Part shown: in pieces, positions 28,020-37,674 of the stretch
Numbering within the stretch: the stretch's first letter is position 1
Layout: every line of letters begins with the position of its first letter
Source of the DNA: Myxococcota bacterium
Lineage (GTDB): Bacteria > Myxococcota_A > UBA796 > SXON01
Length of the DNA: 64,000 nt
Reading direction: 5' to 3'
Assembly (NCBI GenBank): GCA_040386535.1
Contig: JAZKFH010000005.1
Span: 70,058 to 134,057 of the forward strand
Position numbers and translations under genes: made by a program
The notes under the pieces: generated by a model
Seen by the model: only the letters and a program-made list of their open reading frames with translations
Database searches by the model: none
Told to the model about the DNA's origin: nothing

Positions 28020-29074
28020 GCGGGCTCGCCGACGGCCTGGCGTGCATGGGGTCGGCCTTCGCCGCCGTCACGCTGCTATTCACGGCGTGGATGCGCCCGC
28101 GCATCCGCCCGAGCCCCCGGCTCGCGGACGCGCTCGGCCTCACGTGGACCAACCCCACCCGGATGCGGGGCGAGTGGAACGGGGTCCCGGTGGACATCCT
28201 GTTCGACGCGACCACGGGCCTGGTTCGGGCGCCGGCCCCCGCGGGGATGCGCATCGTGTCCGTCTCGCAGGCACGCGCCCTCCTGACCGCGGACCGGGTC
28301 CACACGGGGGACCTCTCGCTCGACAACGCGACCCTCGTGAACGGACCGCGGGATCACCTCGTCGCCGCGCTCGACGGGGCCGCCCGGGTGCACGTTCGGG
28401 AGCTGGTCGTGGACATGAGCTTCCGCGGGCAGGTCGACGGCGGCTGGGTGACGCGGCGCCTCTCCCCCCGCGATCTCGACGTCGGCTCGCTCTCCATCAT
28501 CCTGAACACGGTCACCGAGGTGTCGCGCGCCCTGCACACCGAGCCCACGGCCGAGCGCCTCGCCGCCATCGCGCGCGCCGACGTCTGGGCGGGTGTGCGT
28601 CGCAACGCCCTGGAGGTCCTCGAGCGCCTCCATCCCGGCGTCGTCGTGCCCGTCGCGCGCGACCTGCTCCGGGACGCCGATCTGGACGTGCGCCTCGACG
28701 CCGCGCGGCTCGCCGGCGCCGACGGGACCGCGCACCTGCTCGTCCACCTCGACGACCTGGAGTCCGCGGTCGCCCTCGACCCGGGGGGCGTGTCCCGGCG
28801 GCTCCAGTCCCTTCCGGAGGACACCCTGCTCGGGCTGCTCGCGCGCGCGGACCGCCTCGGACGCCGCGCCGCGGCCCGCGCGCTCGGCCAGGTCGGGACC
28901 GTCCACGCCGTCGAGGCCATGCTCGAAGCCGGGTTCGTGGACGAGGCCCGCGCGATCCAGGCCCGCCTCGGGGACGTCGAAGCGGGCCGCCTCTCGCTCG
29001 CCGCGGGCGAGGCGGGGCAGGTGGCGCTCGCCACGGACGTGGGCGCGGTCACCGTGGTCGAGCCGAGCGGCTGA
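28016..29074 (+). CDS. Membrane-anchored HEAT-repeat protein
   Basis: GTGA overlap with the hsp70-like gene; N-terminal TM; VRRNALEVL, VRLDAARL and RAAARALGQVGT helices. Confidence 0.6.
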   Translation: MSGLADGLACMGSAFAAVTLLFTAWMRPRIRPSPRLADALGLTWTNPTRMRGEWNGVPVDILFDATTGLVRAPAPAGMRIVSVSQARALLTADRVHTGDLSLDNATLVNGPRDHLVAALDGAARVHVRELVVDMSFRGQVDGGWVTRRLSPRDLDVGSLSIILNTVTEVSRALHTEPTAERLAAIARADVWAGVRRNALEVLERLHPGVVVPVARDLLRDADLDVRLDAARLAGADGTAHLLVHLDDLESAVALDPGGVSRRLQSLPEDTLLGLLARADRLGRRAAARALGQVGTVHAVEAMLEAGFVDEARAIQARLGDVEAGRLSLAAGEAGQVALATDVGAVTVVEPSG

Positions 29075-29749
29075 TCAGACCACGATCCGCCACGTCGCGA
29101 CCATGAAGTGCTCCAAATCCCACCCGCGGGGGCGCACCTCCTCGATGGCGTCGTGCTCCGCGAGGCGCTCGACCGTGGGGCCGGCGGCGCCGGGCGGCCC
29201 CCAGAGCGCGCGCACCTCCGCTTCGGGCACCGCGTGCGGCGGGCCGGGCTTGCGGGCCTGCTCGTAGTCGAACGTCTCGAGCAGCACGACCGCGCCGGGG
29301 GCGAGCAGCGTGCGCAGCATCGTGACGTACCGGGCGCGCCGCTCGGGATCGAGCGCCACCAGCGCGGCGCGGTCCCACACGCGGTCGACCGGGCCGCCGA
29401 TCGTGTCGAGGACCGCGGGCGTGAGCGCGAACACATCGCCCTGGAGCACGGTGAGCCCTTGGCTGCGCCACGCGCGGAACGGCCCCACGTCGGTGACCGT
29501 CGGCTCCCGCCCCTCGCGTTCGTGCAACGCGACGATCGCCTTCTCGGAGAGCTCGATGCCCACGACCTCGTGGCCGCGCGAGATCATCCACGCGAGGTCG
29601 ACCGTCTTGCCGCACAGCGGCACGAGCACGCGATGCGCGCCGCCTCCCAGGAACGATCCCTGGTACGTCGTGAGAGACGGGTGTACGGACTCGCTGTGGA
29701 ACGCCGTCCGGCCTTCTTCCCACGCGGTCAACCAGTACTTCGGATCCAT
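29075..29749 (-). CDS. tpm: Thiopurine S-methyltransferase
   Basis: W...WEEGRTAFH, RVLVPLCGKTVDL, GIELSE, DRAALVAL and GPPHAV motifs. Confidence 0.9.
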   Translation of the reverse strand: MDPKYWLTAWEEGRTAFHSESVHPSLTTYQGSFLGGGAHRVLVPLCGKTVDLAWMISRGHEVVGIELSEKAIVALHEREGREPTVTDVGPFRAWRSQGLTVLQGDVFALTPAVLDTIGGPVDRVWDRAALVALDPERRARYVTMLRTLLAPGAVVLLETFDYEQARKPGPPHAVPEAEVRALWGPPGAAGPTVERLAEHDAIEEVRPRGWDLEHFMVATWRIVV

Positions 29750-30453
29750 CAGCTCTCCTCCCCGAGTTGCGTCACCCACGACATCCCGAACCGCTTCGCC
29801 ACCCACGCCTCCCAACCATCCGGGAGCGGCGTGTCGCCGCGTACCATCAGATCGAGATGCGCCGCGTTCACGGACTCGCCGGGGCCGATCTGGAGCCGCA
29901 CGAGCGCATCGGCGAGCCCCGGGAGCACCAGCGCCACCGCCCGCGGCGCGCGCAGGAGCACCACGCGCGCCTCGTAGAGCGTGCCCGCGATGCGGACGCG
30001 GGTGGAGGCGCCCTCGGTCGCACCCGCGAGCCCGTCCGGCACCGCGATGCGGCTCCAGGCGTCCGTGTAGGCGAGCGCCACCGGCACGTCGATCCGCAGC
30101 CAGCGCACGTCGGCGGTATGACCGAGCGACCACGCGAGCCCGGCGAGCGCAAGCTCCCAGCCGGCCGCGAGGTCCGCGAGGGTGTCGGGGTCGAGGCCCT
30201 CGGCGTCGGGGCCCTCGGCGTCGACCGTGACCGCGCGCGCGGCGAGGTCGAACCGCGCGCGGAGCGTGTCACCCTCCCACACGACCGCCGCCCCCGCGTC
30301 GCCACGCAGGGCCATCGTGGGGCCATCGAGCCCCGGGGCGAGCCGCGCGCCGACGAACCCCGCGTCGGGGTCCCACCAGCGGCGCAGGCCCGCCGGAGAC
30401 GTGAGCGCGGGGAGGAGGCGGACGGCAGAGGCGTCGGGGAGGGGGAAACGCAT
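29749..30453 (-). CDS. Hypothetical protein, possibly SRPBCC/Aha1-like
   Basis: ALTSPAGLRRWW and GWELALAGL resemble Aha1 motifs; stop overlaps the tpm start. Confidence 0.5.
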   Translation of the reverse strand: MRFPLPDASAVRLLPALTSPAGLRRWWDPDAGFVGARLAPGLDGPTMALRGDAGAAVVWEGDTLRARFDLAARAVTVDAEGPDAEGLDPDTLADLAAGWELALAGLAWSLGHTADVRWLRIDVPVALAYTDAWSRIAVPDGLAGATEGASTRVRIAGTLYEARVVLLRAPRAVALVLPGLADALVRLQIGPGESVNAAHLDLMVRGDTPLPDGWEAWVAKRFGMSWVTQLGEES

Positions 30454-30482
30454 GGGGGGAGAGCTTATCGCCCCTCCCCCCC

Positions 30483-30521
30483 AAAACAGCGACGGGGCCC
30501 GCCGTTTCCGACGAGCCCCGT
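30483..30521 (-). terminator. Rho-independent terminator downstream of the cytochrome c gene
   Basis: Minus strand reads ACGGGGCTCGTCG-GAAA-CGGCGGGCCCCGT followed by CGCTGTTTT. Confidence 0.6.
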
Positions 30522-30581
30522 GCCTTCGGGGGCGTTGCGGGGGGCGGAGCCCCCTGCCCCAAAAAACCGCGCCGCGAACCG

Positions 30582-32528
30582 CTACAACGTGTGGAGGTAC
30601 GCCTCCAGGTCCGCCATCTCGTCGTCCGAGAGCATCGAGGTGTCGCCCATCTCGCCGGAGCGCGACATCTGGAGCACGGCTTCGAGCGAGGAGGCCGAGC
30701 CGTCGTGCAGGTAGGGCGCGGTGGCCGCGATCCCGACGAGCGTGGGCGTGTTCACCGCTTCGAGGCCGAACATCGTGTAGTGCTCGTTGTCGGTGAGGCG
30801 ATCGCCGCTGTGGCACGTGGCGCAGGCCACGTCCGCGCGCTCGAACAGCGCCTTGCCGCGGAGCGCGGCCTCGCTGGTGGCGCCCTTCTCGGGCAGGTCG
30901 ACCGCGCGGTTTGACTCGATGTACGCCGAGATCTGTCCCGCCTCCGCGTAGGACAGGCCGTTGCCGCCCATGCGGCCCGAGCTGGTGACGAAGGCCTCTT
31001 CCGACACGGTGAGGACCTGGTCGGTCCAGGTGAAGGGCGCCGTGACGCTCACCGCGCCGCGGAGCGACGGGGTCTGGCGGACACCCTCGCCCAGGGCCCA
31101 GGTGAGCCCGTCGTTGCTGCCCTGGAGGTGGCAGGTGGAGCAGGAGATGCCCGCGCCGTCGGCCGCCATCTGCGAGCTGGTGGCCGAGAAGAACAGGCGG
31201 CGACCGGCCTCGATGTCGGCGGAGAGCACGCGATCGGCGACCTCGGTGGAGTCGGCGCCGCGGAAGGTCTGCGCGCTGACGAACCCGATGGAGAGCTGGT
31301 CCGCGACGAACGCGCGCGCCTTCATGCCCTTGAGGCTGCCGATGGAGTGATCGAGGAACGAGTCGACATACACCTCGTCATCCCCGAGGAACGCCACGCC
31401 GCGCGGCCCGGCGTCGGTGCCGACGAGCACCATCGGGCTCGAGGCGAACCCCGCGGCGTCGGCGGAGATGCTGATGCCGCCGCCGGTGTCCATCCGGTCG
31501 AAGCCGGAGTCGGCGCCGATCTCCGGGTAGATCGGGGTGGCCGAGAGGACCACCACGGCCTGCGAGGCCTCCATCGTGGCGTAGATCAAGGCGCCGTCGG
31601 GCGAGTAGGCCACGCTCGAGAGGTAGCTGCGCACGGCGGTCGTGCCCTCGTCGTCATCCCCCAGCTGGGCGAAGCCGGCCACGAGCACCGTGGCGGTGTC
31701 CTCCGGGGCGGGGTTGCCGTTCTCCCCGGTGGGGATGATGACGACCGCCGGGTTGAAGCGGCTGACGCCGAGCCCGGAGGAGCCGTAGCCCTCGGACACG
31801 GTCTCGACCTCGCCCGGCTCGCTGACCGGGTTGGTGTTGTCGATGTACATGGCCGGCGCGGCCACGGACCGCCCGTCGGGGGAGACGTAGAGGTCACCCG
31901 TGATGCGGCGGGTGAAGCGGAGCGTGCCGTCCTCCCCCGCGCCGTAGATGGAGGGCAGATCGAGCTCGGTGACCTGGCCGCCCTCGGCGAGGCTCACGGA
32001 GTGCAGGCCGCCGCCCATCGAGGAGCCGACGTACAACGTCGATCCGCTCGGATGCAGCGCGAGCCACGCGGGCGAGCCCGACACCGACCACGTGCGGGCG
32101 ACGGTGAGGGTCTCCGCGTCGATCTCGACGACGGCGTTCTGCGCGGACAGCGCCACGTAGAGCTTCTTGCCGTCCTCTCGCGCCACGATGCCGACGGGCT
32201 CGGCCCCGACCTCGAAGGTGGAGACGAGAGAAAGCTTGCCGTCGACATCCTCGAGCACCGCCACGGAGCGGCTGCCGCGGAGCGTGGTGAACACACGGTC
32301 GCCGATGCGGGCGAGGCGCACGGGCTCGAGGCCCACGTCGACCGACGCGAGCGCGCCGGTGGCGGGCTCGAAGCGCACGACCTTCCCACCGTCGGTGTCG
32401 ACCGAGTAGAGCGCGTCGTGGTCGGCGTTCGAGACGAGCGACTGGCTCCCCGTGGGGAAGGTCCCGTCGTGAAGCGACGCCGTACACGCGCACAGAATTG
32501 TTGGGAGGAGAAGGGAGAGCCGGTTCAT
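30582..32528 (-). CDS. Lipoprotein: YVTN-type beta-propeller plus di-heme cytochrome c (CcP/MauG-like)
   Basis: LCAC lipobox; VGLEP and VGAEP propeller repeats; GRRLFF, CSTCH, CATCH, TPSLRG and TAPYLHDGS motifs. Confidence 0.85.
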   Translation of the reverse strand: MNRLSLLLPTILCACTASLHDGTFPTGSQSLVSNADHDALYSVDTDGGKVVRFEPATGALASVDVGLEPVRLARIGDRVFTTLRGSRSVAVLEDVDGKLSLVSTFEVGAEPVGIVAREDGKKLYVALSAQNAVVEIDAETLTVARTWSVSGSPAWLALHPSGSTLYVGSSMGGGLHSVSLAEGGQVTELDLPSIYGAGEDGTLRFTRRITGDLYVSPDGRSVAAPAMYIDNTNPVSEPGEVETVSEGYGSSGLGVSRFNPAVVIIPTGENGNPAPEDTATVLVAGFAQLGDDDEGTTAVRSYLSSVAYSPDGALIYATMEASQAVVVLSATPIYPEIGADSGFDRMDTGGGISISADAAGFASSPMVLVGTDAGPRGVAFLGDDEVYVDSFLDHSIGSLKGMKARAFVADQLSIGFVSAQTFRGADSTEVADRVLSADIEAGRRLFFSATSSQMAADGAGISCSTCHLQGSNDGLTWALGEGVRQTPSLRGAVSVTAPFTWTDQVLTVSEEAFVTSSGRMGGNGLSYAEAGQISAYIESNRAVDLPEKGATSEAALRGKALFERADVACATCHSGDRLTDNEHYTMFGLEAVNTPTLVGIAATAPYLHDGSASSLEAVLQMSRSGEMGDTSMLSDDEMADLEAYLHTL

Positions 32529-32591
32529 GTCCTACCTCGTGGCACCATTCTGCCATGCAAGGAATGGTCCCGCTCCGGATAATGTACACGG

Positions 32592-33533
32592 ATGCGCTAC
32601 TTCCTCCTGGCTTCCGCCCTCGCGGACGACCCCTCGGATCCCGGGCACGACATCCCGATCACGTCCCCGTCCGCGTCCGAGGCGCCTGCGCCCGCCGTTC
32701 CGGGGGATCCGGACCTGACTGCGAAATGGGCGGCCGAATTCGACGCGCCGCACGAGACCGTCGAGCTCACCGACGAGGAGCAGCGCGAAGAGGCCGCCAC
32801 CCTCTACGTCAAGGGCCTCGACGCGTGGAAATCGGGCAAACACAGCCGGGCGTGGCGGCTCGCCACCGAGGCGCTGATCCTCGACCCCGCGCTGACCCCC
32901 GCGCGCCTCCTCGCCGGCTATGCGCTCCTGCGGTTGCGCCAGCCCGACGAGGGCGTGACCACGCTCGACGGCCTCGCGCTCGAGCCCGACACCTCTCCCC
33001 TCCCCGCGAGCACGCGGCGGTCGGTGCACCGGGTCCTGCGCCGCCACGAGTCGCCCTATCGGCGCGATCAATGGTGGGTCGCGGTGGGGAACGTCACCCA
33101 CCTCGAGCGGCTCGGGGACGACGTGGTGCCGCTCAACGGCTGGGTCTTCACGGGGCAGGCGCCGCTGTTCAGCCAGCTCGCGCTGCGCGTGGACGCCGGT
33201 GCCCCGTGGGCCGCCACCGGGGCGCTCGACATCCGCGGGCCCCGCTTCGACGTGCTCGCGGTGGTCGAGAAGCGCATCGACAAGGGCCTCTGGCACGTGG
33301 ATCTGGGCGCCGGCCCCGCCTTCTGGATCGCCGAGGGGCGCTACTGGCTGGACGGGTGGGAGCCCTACTTCGGCGTGCGCGCCGCGCTCGGCGTGGACGT
33401 GCGGCTCGGCGCCACGGTCGGCCTGCGCTACGAGATGGGCGCGAGCGCCTTCCCCACGGCCGAGGTCGATCTGCCCTTCTACGCGTCGCCGCTCGATCTG
33501 CGGCTGTCGTTGCAGACGTGGTTCGGGAAGTAG
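32592..33533 (+). CDS. Secreted protein with TPR-like helices and probable C-terminal beta-barrel
   Basis: Short signal-like N-terminus, helical TPR-like block, amphipathic strands ending LQTWFGK. Confidence 0.55.
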   Translation: MRYFLLASALADDPSDPGHDIPITSPSASEAPAPAVPGDPDLTAKWAAEFDAPHETVELTDEEQREEAATLYVKGLDAWKSGKHSRAWRLATEALILDPALTPARLLAGYALLRLRQPDEGVTTLDGLALEPDTSPLPASTRRSVHRVLRRHESPYRRDQWWVAVGNVTHLERLGDDVVPLNGWVFTGQAPLFSQLALRVDAGAPWAATGALDIRGPRFDVLAVVEKRIDKGLWHVDLGAGPAFWIAEGRYWLDGWEPYFGVRAALGVDVRLGATVGLRYEMGASAFPTAEVDLPFYASPLDLRLSLQTWFGK

Positions 33534-33607
33534 CGGGCCAGACACGCGGCGGAGACAACGCCGCGCTCCCGTTTGCCGGCGGGCCCCCCCCACGGCACAT
33601 TGCCGCC

Positions 33608-34927
33608 ATGGCTACCCGCTACCCCTGTCAGACCCCCTCCGGTTCGACCGACGCCTCCGCCGACGCGGCCGCCGAGCCCGGCGCCGTCGAGCCCCGCAAG
33701 ACCGTGCACGTCAAGCGGGTCGACGAGTGCGAGACCCTCGACGACCTGTTCACCTGGTGCCTCCCCGCGTTCGGCGGGGCGCTGTTGCGTCGCATCTACA
33801 AGATCCTCGACGAGGCCGTGGGCGCCGGCTGCCCCATCACCCTCGCGATCGCGGGGCCCGCCACCGTGTCGGGCCAGCACCACACGTGGCTCAACCCGCT
33901 GCTCGAGACCGGCTGGATCGCGTACATCAGCACGACCGACGCGGTGTGCTACCACGACGGCCACCGCAGCCTCGACGGGTTCAAGGACCCCATCCACGAG
34001 GTGCCCATCTTCGGGGACGACGGCGCCCTGCGCGACGAGAAGACCATCCGCGTCACCGACATGGCGTTCGACGAGGACGTGCTCCTCCACCAGGACAAGC
34101 TCCTCTCGAAGGCGCTGCAGCGCCCCGAGTTCCAGAAGAAGATGACCGGCACCGAGCTGCGCTACCTCCTCGGCGGCGTGTACGCCGAGCAGGAGCAGAA
34201 GAACGGCATCCGCGAGGGGCTGCTCGCCTGCGCGAACCGCCTCGCCATCCCCATCTTCGTGGGCGCCCCGGGCGACGGCAGCGTGTTCCTCAACTCGATG
34301 AAGCTCTGGGCCATGGCCAAGGCCGGGCTCATCCCCGAGTACAAGCTCGATCTGGACCTGCACGGCGAGGTCTTCGAGGCCTGCGCCTACCACTACTGGG
34401 GCCTGTTCGAGGACCCCGTCGGCGCCCTCGCCACCCTCGTGCTCGGCGGCGGCGTCCCCAAGAACTACAACCTCCAGCCCGAGCCCGCGCTGGGCCAGGT
34501 GCTCGGCCTCCCCGACGTGACCGGCTACACGTTCGACGTGCAGATCGTCAGCTCCCCCGTGACCGACGGCTCCCTCTCCTCGTGCCCCCCCGCCGAGGCC
34601 GTCACCTGGGGCAAGGTCGACCGCGACACCTACGTCCAGACCACCGAGAGCATGCAGGGCGACTACTCGATGCTCATGCCCTTCCTCGTGAAGGCGCTGC
34701 TCGACAACCGCGCCAAGTACGCGCGCTGGGCCGAGAAGATGGGCGAGGAGGAGCTCTTCGCCAAGCACCCCAAGGCCCGCGGCTACCTGCGCCCGCGCGA
34801 GGGCTACCGCCTCTACGAGAACCGCGACCGCCTCACCGCGCGCCTGCTCGACGAGGTGCGGAACAACAAGGAATGGTTGTTGGACAGCCTGGAGTACCCG
34901 CTCGGGGCCGGCGCGGGCGCGAAGTAG
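33608..34927 (+). CDS. Deoxyhypusine-synthase-like protein (probable homospermidine synthase)
   Basis: IPIFVGAPGDGS, LGGGVPKNY and DGSLSSCPPAEAVTWGKV (catalytic Lys) motifs. Confidence 0.85.
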   Translation: MATRYPCQTPSGSTDASADAAAEPGAVEPRKTVHVKRVDECETLDDLFTWCLPAFGGALLRRIYKILDEAVGAGCPITLAIAGPATVSGQHHTWLNPLLETGWIAYISTTDAVCYHDGHRSLDGFKDPIHEVPIFGDDGALRDEKTIRVTDMAFDEDVLLHQDKLLSKALQRPEFQKKMTGTELRYLLGGVYAEQEQKNGIREGLLACANRLAIPIFVGAPGDGSVFLNSMKLWAMAKAGLIPEYKLDLDLHGEVFEACAYHYWGLFEDPVGALATLVLGGGVPKNYNLQPEPALGQVLGLPDVTGYTFDVQIVSSPVTDGSLSSCPPAEAVTWGKVDRDTYVQTTESMQGDYSMLMPFLVKALLDNRAKYARWAEKMGEEELFAKHPKARGYLRPREGYRLYENRDRLTARLLDEVRNNKEWLLDSLEYPLGAGAGAK

Positions 34928-34956
34928 GACTGCGGGCGTGCCCCGGCGCGGCGCCG

Positions 34957-35001
34957 GGTCGGCCTCCTCCGGGCGCGCGGCTGCCGCCGCTTGGTCGGCC
35001 G
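34957..35001. repeat. REP-like family 3, copy 2
   Basis: GGTCGGCCTCCTCCGGGCGCGCGGCTGCCGCCGCTTGGTCGGCCG, preceded by CCCCGGCGCGG as is the 56791 copy. Confidence 0.5.
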
Positions 35002-35175
35002 GGCCCGCGCGCGCGCGGGCGGCGGCCGGACCGCCCCGCGCAGCGGGGCGCCCTGCGGAGGCCTCACGCGGGGCATCAGCGCGGGAACGCCGCCCGACCG
35101 CTCAAAACCCGCACTCACGACGCAGCAGCCCCCTCCCCCACCGGTTAGATCGGTCCGCCCGCCCCGGATCCGCTC

Positions 35176-36513
35176 ATGACCGAGCTCCTGGCGGCCCGCG
35201 CCCAGATGGCGCTGAGCCTCGGCTTCCACATCGTGTTCGCGAGCATCGGCGTCGCGATGCCGTTCCTGATGGCCGCCGCGCACTGGAAGTGGCTGCGCAC
35301 CGGCGATCCGCTGTACCGCACGCTGACGAAGGCGTGGTCGAAGGGCGTGGCGATCTTCTTCGCGGTCGGGGCCGTGTCGGGCACCGCGCTGTCGTTCGAG
35401 CTGGGGCTGCTCTGGCCGGGCTTCATGGAGCACGCGGGGCCGATCATCGGCATGCCTTTTTCGTGGGAGGGCGGGGCGTTCTTCCTCGAGGCGATCGCGC
35501 TCGGCGTGTTCCTCTACGGCTGGGACCGCGTGCCGCGCTGGGCGCACTGGGGCAGCGGGGTGGTGGTGGGGCTCTCGGGCGTGGCGTCGGCGATGTTCGT
35601 CATCTGCGCGAACGCGTGGATGAACTCGCCCGCGGGCTTCGACTGGAACGGCGGGAACCCCACGAACGTGGATCCGTGGGCGGCGATGTTCAACGACAGC
35701 TGGCTCATCCAGGGCGTGCACATGGTGGTCGCGGCGTTCGAGGCGGTGGGCTTCGCCGTCGCAGGGCTGCACGCGCTCCTGTGGCTCCGCACGCGCCTGC
35801 CCGTGCACGCCGCCGCGCTGCGCATCGCGTTCGCGGTCGGGGCGATCGCCGCGCTGGTGCAGCCGCTCGTGGGCGACTTCGCCGCGAAAAGTGTCGCCGT
35901 GCGCCAACCCGCGAAGCTCGCCGCGATGGAGGCCCTCTTCGAGACGCAGTCGGACGCGCCGCTGCTCGTGGGCGGGATCCCCGACGTGGAGACGCGGACC
36001 GTGCGGTGGGGCCTGGAGATCCCGTACGCGCTCTCCTTCCTCGCGCACGGCGACCCGCACGCAGAGGTCATCGGCCTCGACCGCATCCCCCGCGACGAGT
36101 GGCCGCCCGTGCCGATCGTCCACTACGCGTTCCAGGTGATGGTCGGCGTGGGCACGCTGCTCGCGGGCGTCGGCGCGGTCGGCCTGATCGCGCTGTGGCG
36201 GCGGCCCTCGCTCTTCGAGCACCGTCACTTCCTGCGCGTGCTCGTGCTGTGCACGCCGCTGGGGTTCCTCGCGCTGGAGGCGGGCTGGGTGGTGACCGAG
36301 GTGGGCCGCCAGCCGTGGATCATCTACGGCCTGATGCGCACGGCCGAGGCGCTCACGCCACGGCCCGGAATCATCGTGACCTTCTCGGTGTACGCCGTGC
36401 TCTACGGCTTCCTCGCCCTGGTCGTGAGCCTGCTGCTCGCGCGGCAGATCCTGTCGCTCCACCGTGACCTCGCGGCGCGCCCGGGCGGCCCCCCGCCTTC
36501 GAAGGAGGCGTGA
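35176..36513 (+). CDS. cydA: Cytochrome bd ubiquinol oxidase subunit I
   Basis: GFHIVF, EGGAFFLE, NAWM, QPAKLAAME and GWVVTEVGRQPW motifs. Confidence 0.95.
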   Translation: MTELLAARAQMALSLGFHIVFASIGVAMPFLMAAAHWKWLRTGDPLYRTLTKAWSKGVAIFFAVGAVSGTALSFELGLLWPGFMEHAGPIIGMPFSWEGGAFFLEAIALGVFLYGWDRVPRWAHWGSGVVVGLSGVASAMFVICANAWMNSPAGFDWNGGNPTNVDPWAAMFNDSWLIQGVHMVVAAFEAVGFAVAGLHALLWLRTRLPVHAAALRIAFAVGAIAALVQPLVGDFAAKSVAVRQPAKLAAMEALFETQSDAPLLVGGIPDVETRTVRWGLEIPYALSFLAHGDPHAEVIGLDRIPRDEWPPVPIVHYAFQVMVGVGTLLAGVGAVGLIALWRRPSLFEHRHFLRVLVLCTPLGFLALEAGWVVTEVGRQPWIIYGLMRTAEALTPRPGIIVTFSVYAVLYGFLALVVSLLLARQILSLHRDLAARPGGPPPSKEA

Positions 36514-37541
36514 TGCTGGCCCTCGTCCTGTTGTTCCTCGCGGTCTCGCTCCTCCTGTACGTCCTGTTGGCGGGGGCCGACTTCGGCGCGGGCATCCTCG
36601 AGATCTTCCTGGGGCAACGGCGGCGTGACGATCAGCGCGCGCTGATCTCCCACGCGATGGCCCCGGTGTGGGAGGCCAACCACGTGTGGTTGATCCTCGC
36701 GGTGGTGATCCTGTTCATGGCGTTTCCCACCGTCTACACGACGCTGTCGATCTACCTCTACATCCCGCTCGTGGCGCTGCTCATGGGGATCGTGGCCCGC
36801 GGCACGGCGTTCACCTTCCGCCACTACGACACCCTCACCACCGAATGGCACGGCGTGTACTCGCGGGTGTTCCAGGTCTCGAGCTTGTGGACCTCGATGG
36901 TGCTCGGCGCGTTGGCGGGCGCGCTCGTGCTCGGCCGCATCGAGCTCGACAGCGCCAACACGTACACCACCTACGTCGCGCCGTGGCTCAACCTGTTCTG
37001 CCTCGCGATGGGGGTGTTCACGAGCGCCCTGTTCGCCCTGCTCGCGGCGGTGTTCCTGGTCGGCGAGGCCGAGGACGACGAGCTCCGCGCCCTGTTCCAG
37101 CACAAGGCGCGCGTGGCCGCGCTGGTCCTCGTGGCGGCGGGCGCCGCGGTCTTCGGCACGGCGCAGCTGAACGGCCTGCCGCTGCTCCGCAGCTTCTTCG
37201 GCACTCCGGCGAGCGTCGGGGCCTTCGTCCTCGCCACCGCGCTACTCCCGCCGTTCTGGCGCGCGCTTTCCCATGCCGATGGCGGGCGAACTCGCGCGCG
37301 TATTCTCGGCGCATCCATCGTGACCCTGGTCATGCTCGGCTGGTTCGCGGTGCAGTACCCCGTGGCGTTGCGGCTGGCGCACGGCGCCATCACGTTCCCC
37401 GAGGCCGCCGCCCCCGACGCCACGCTACGCGCCCTGCTCGGCGCGTTGTTCGTCGGTTCGGCCCTGATCTTTCCCGGGCTCGGGTACCTGTTCTGGGTCT
37501 TCAAGCGGGGCACGTTCGAGCGCGAGCGGCACGAGTTCTAA
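36510..37541 (+). CDS. cydB: Cytochrome bd ubiquinol oxidase subunit II
   Basis: [17 protein letters not shown] and ARGTAFTFR motifs; GTGA overlap with cydA. Confidence 0.93.
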   Translation: MMLALVLLFLAVSLLLYVLLAGADFGAGILEIFLGQRRRDDQRALISHAMAPVWEANHVWLILAVVILFMAFPTVYTTLSIYLYIPLVALLMGIVARGTAFTFRHYDTLTTEWHGVYSRVFQVSSLWTSMVLGALAGALVLGRIELDSANTYTTYVAPWLNLFCLAMGVFTSALFALLAAVFLVGEAEDDELRALFQHKARVAALVLVAAGAAVFGTAQLNGLPLLRSFFGTPASVGAFVLATALLPPFWRALSHADGGRTRARILGASIVTLVMLGWFAVQYPVALRLAHGAITFPEAAAPDATLRALLGALFVGSALIFPGLGYLFWVFKRGTFERERHEF

Positions 37542-37674
37542 GCGGCGGCTCCGTAGGCGCCCCCCCCAGGACGGCCAGTTGAGCGGAGGGACGAAATGTA
37601 CCGCGACGTCACCGTGCGTCAAAATCGTGTACATTCGCGTCCCAAACTTACAGACCGCTTGCCTCGGAGTCCGA

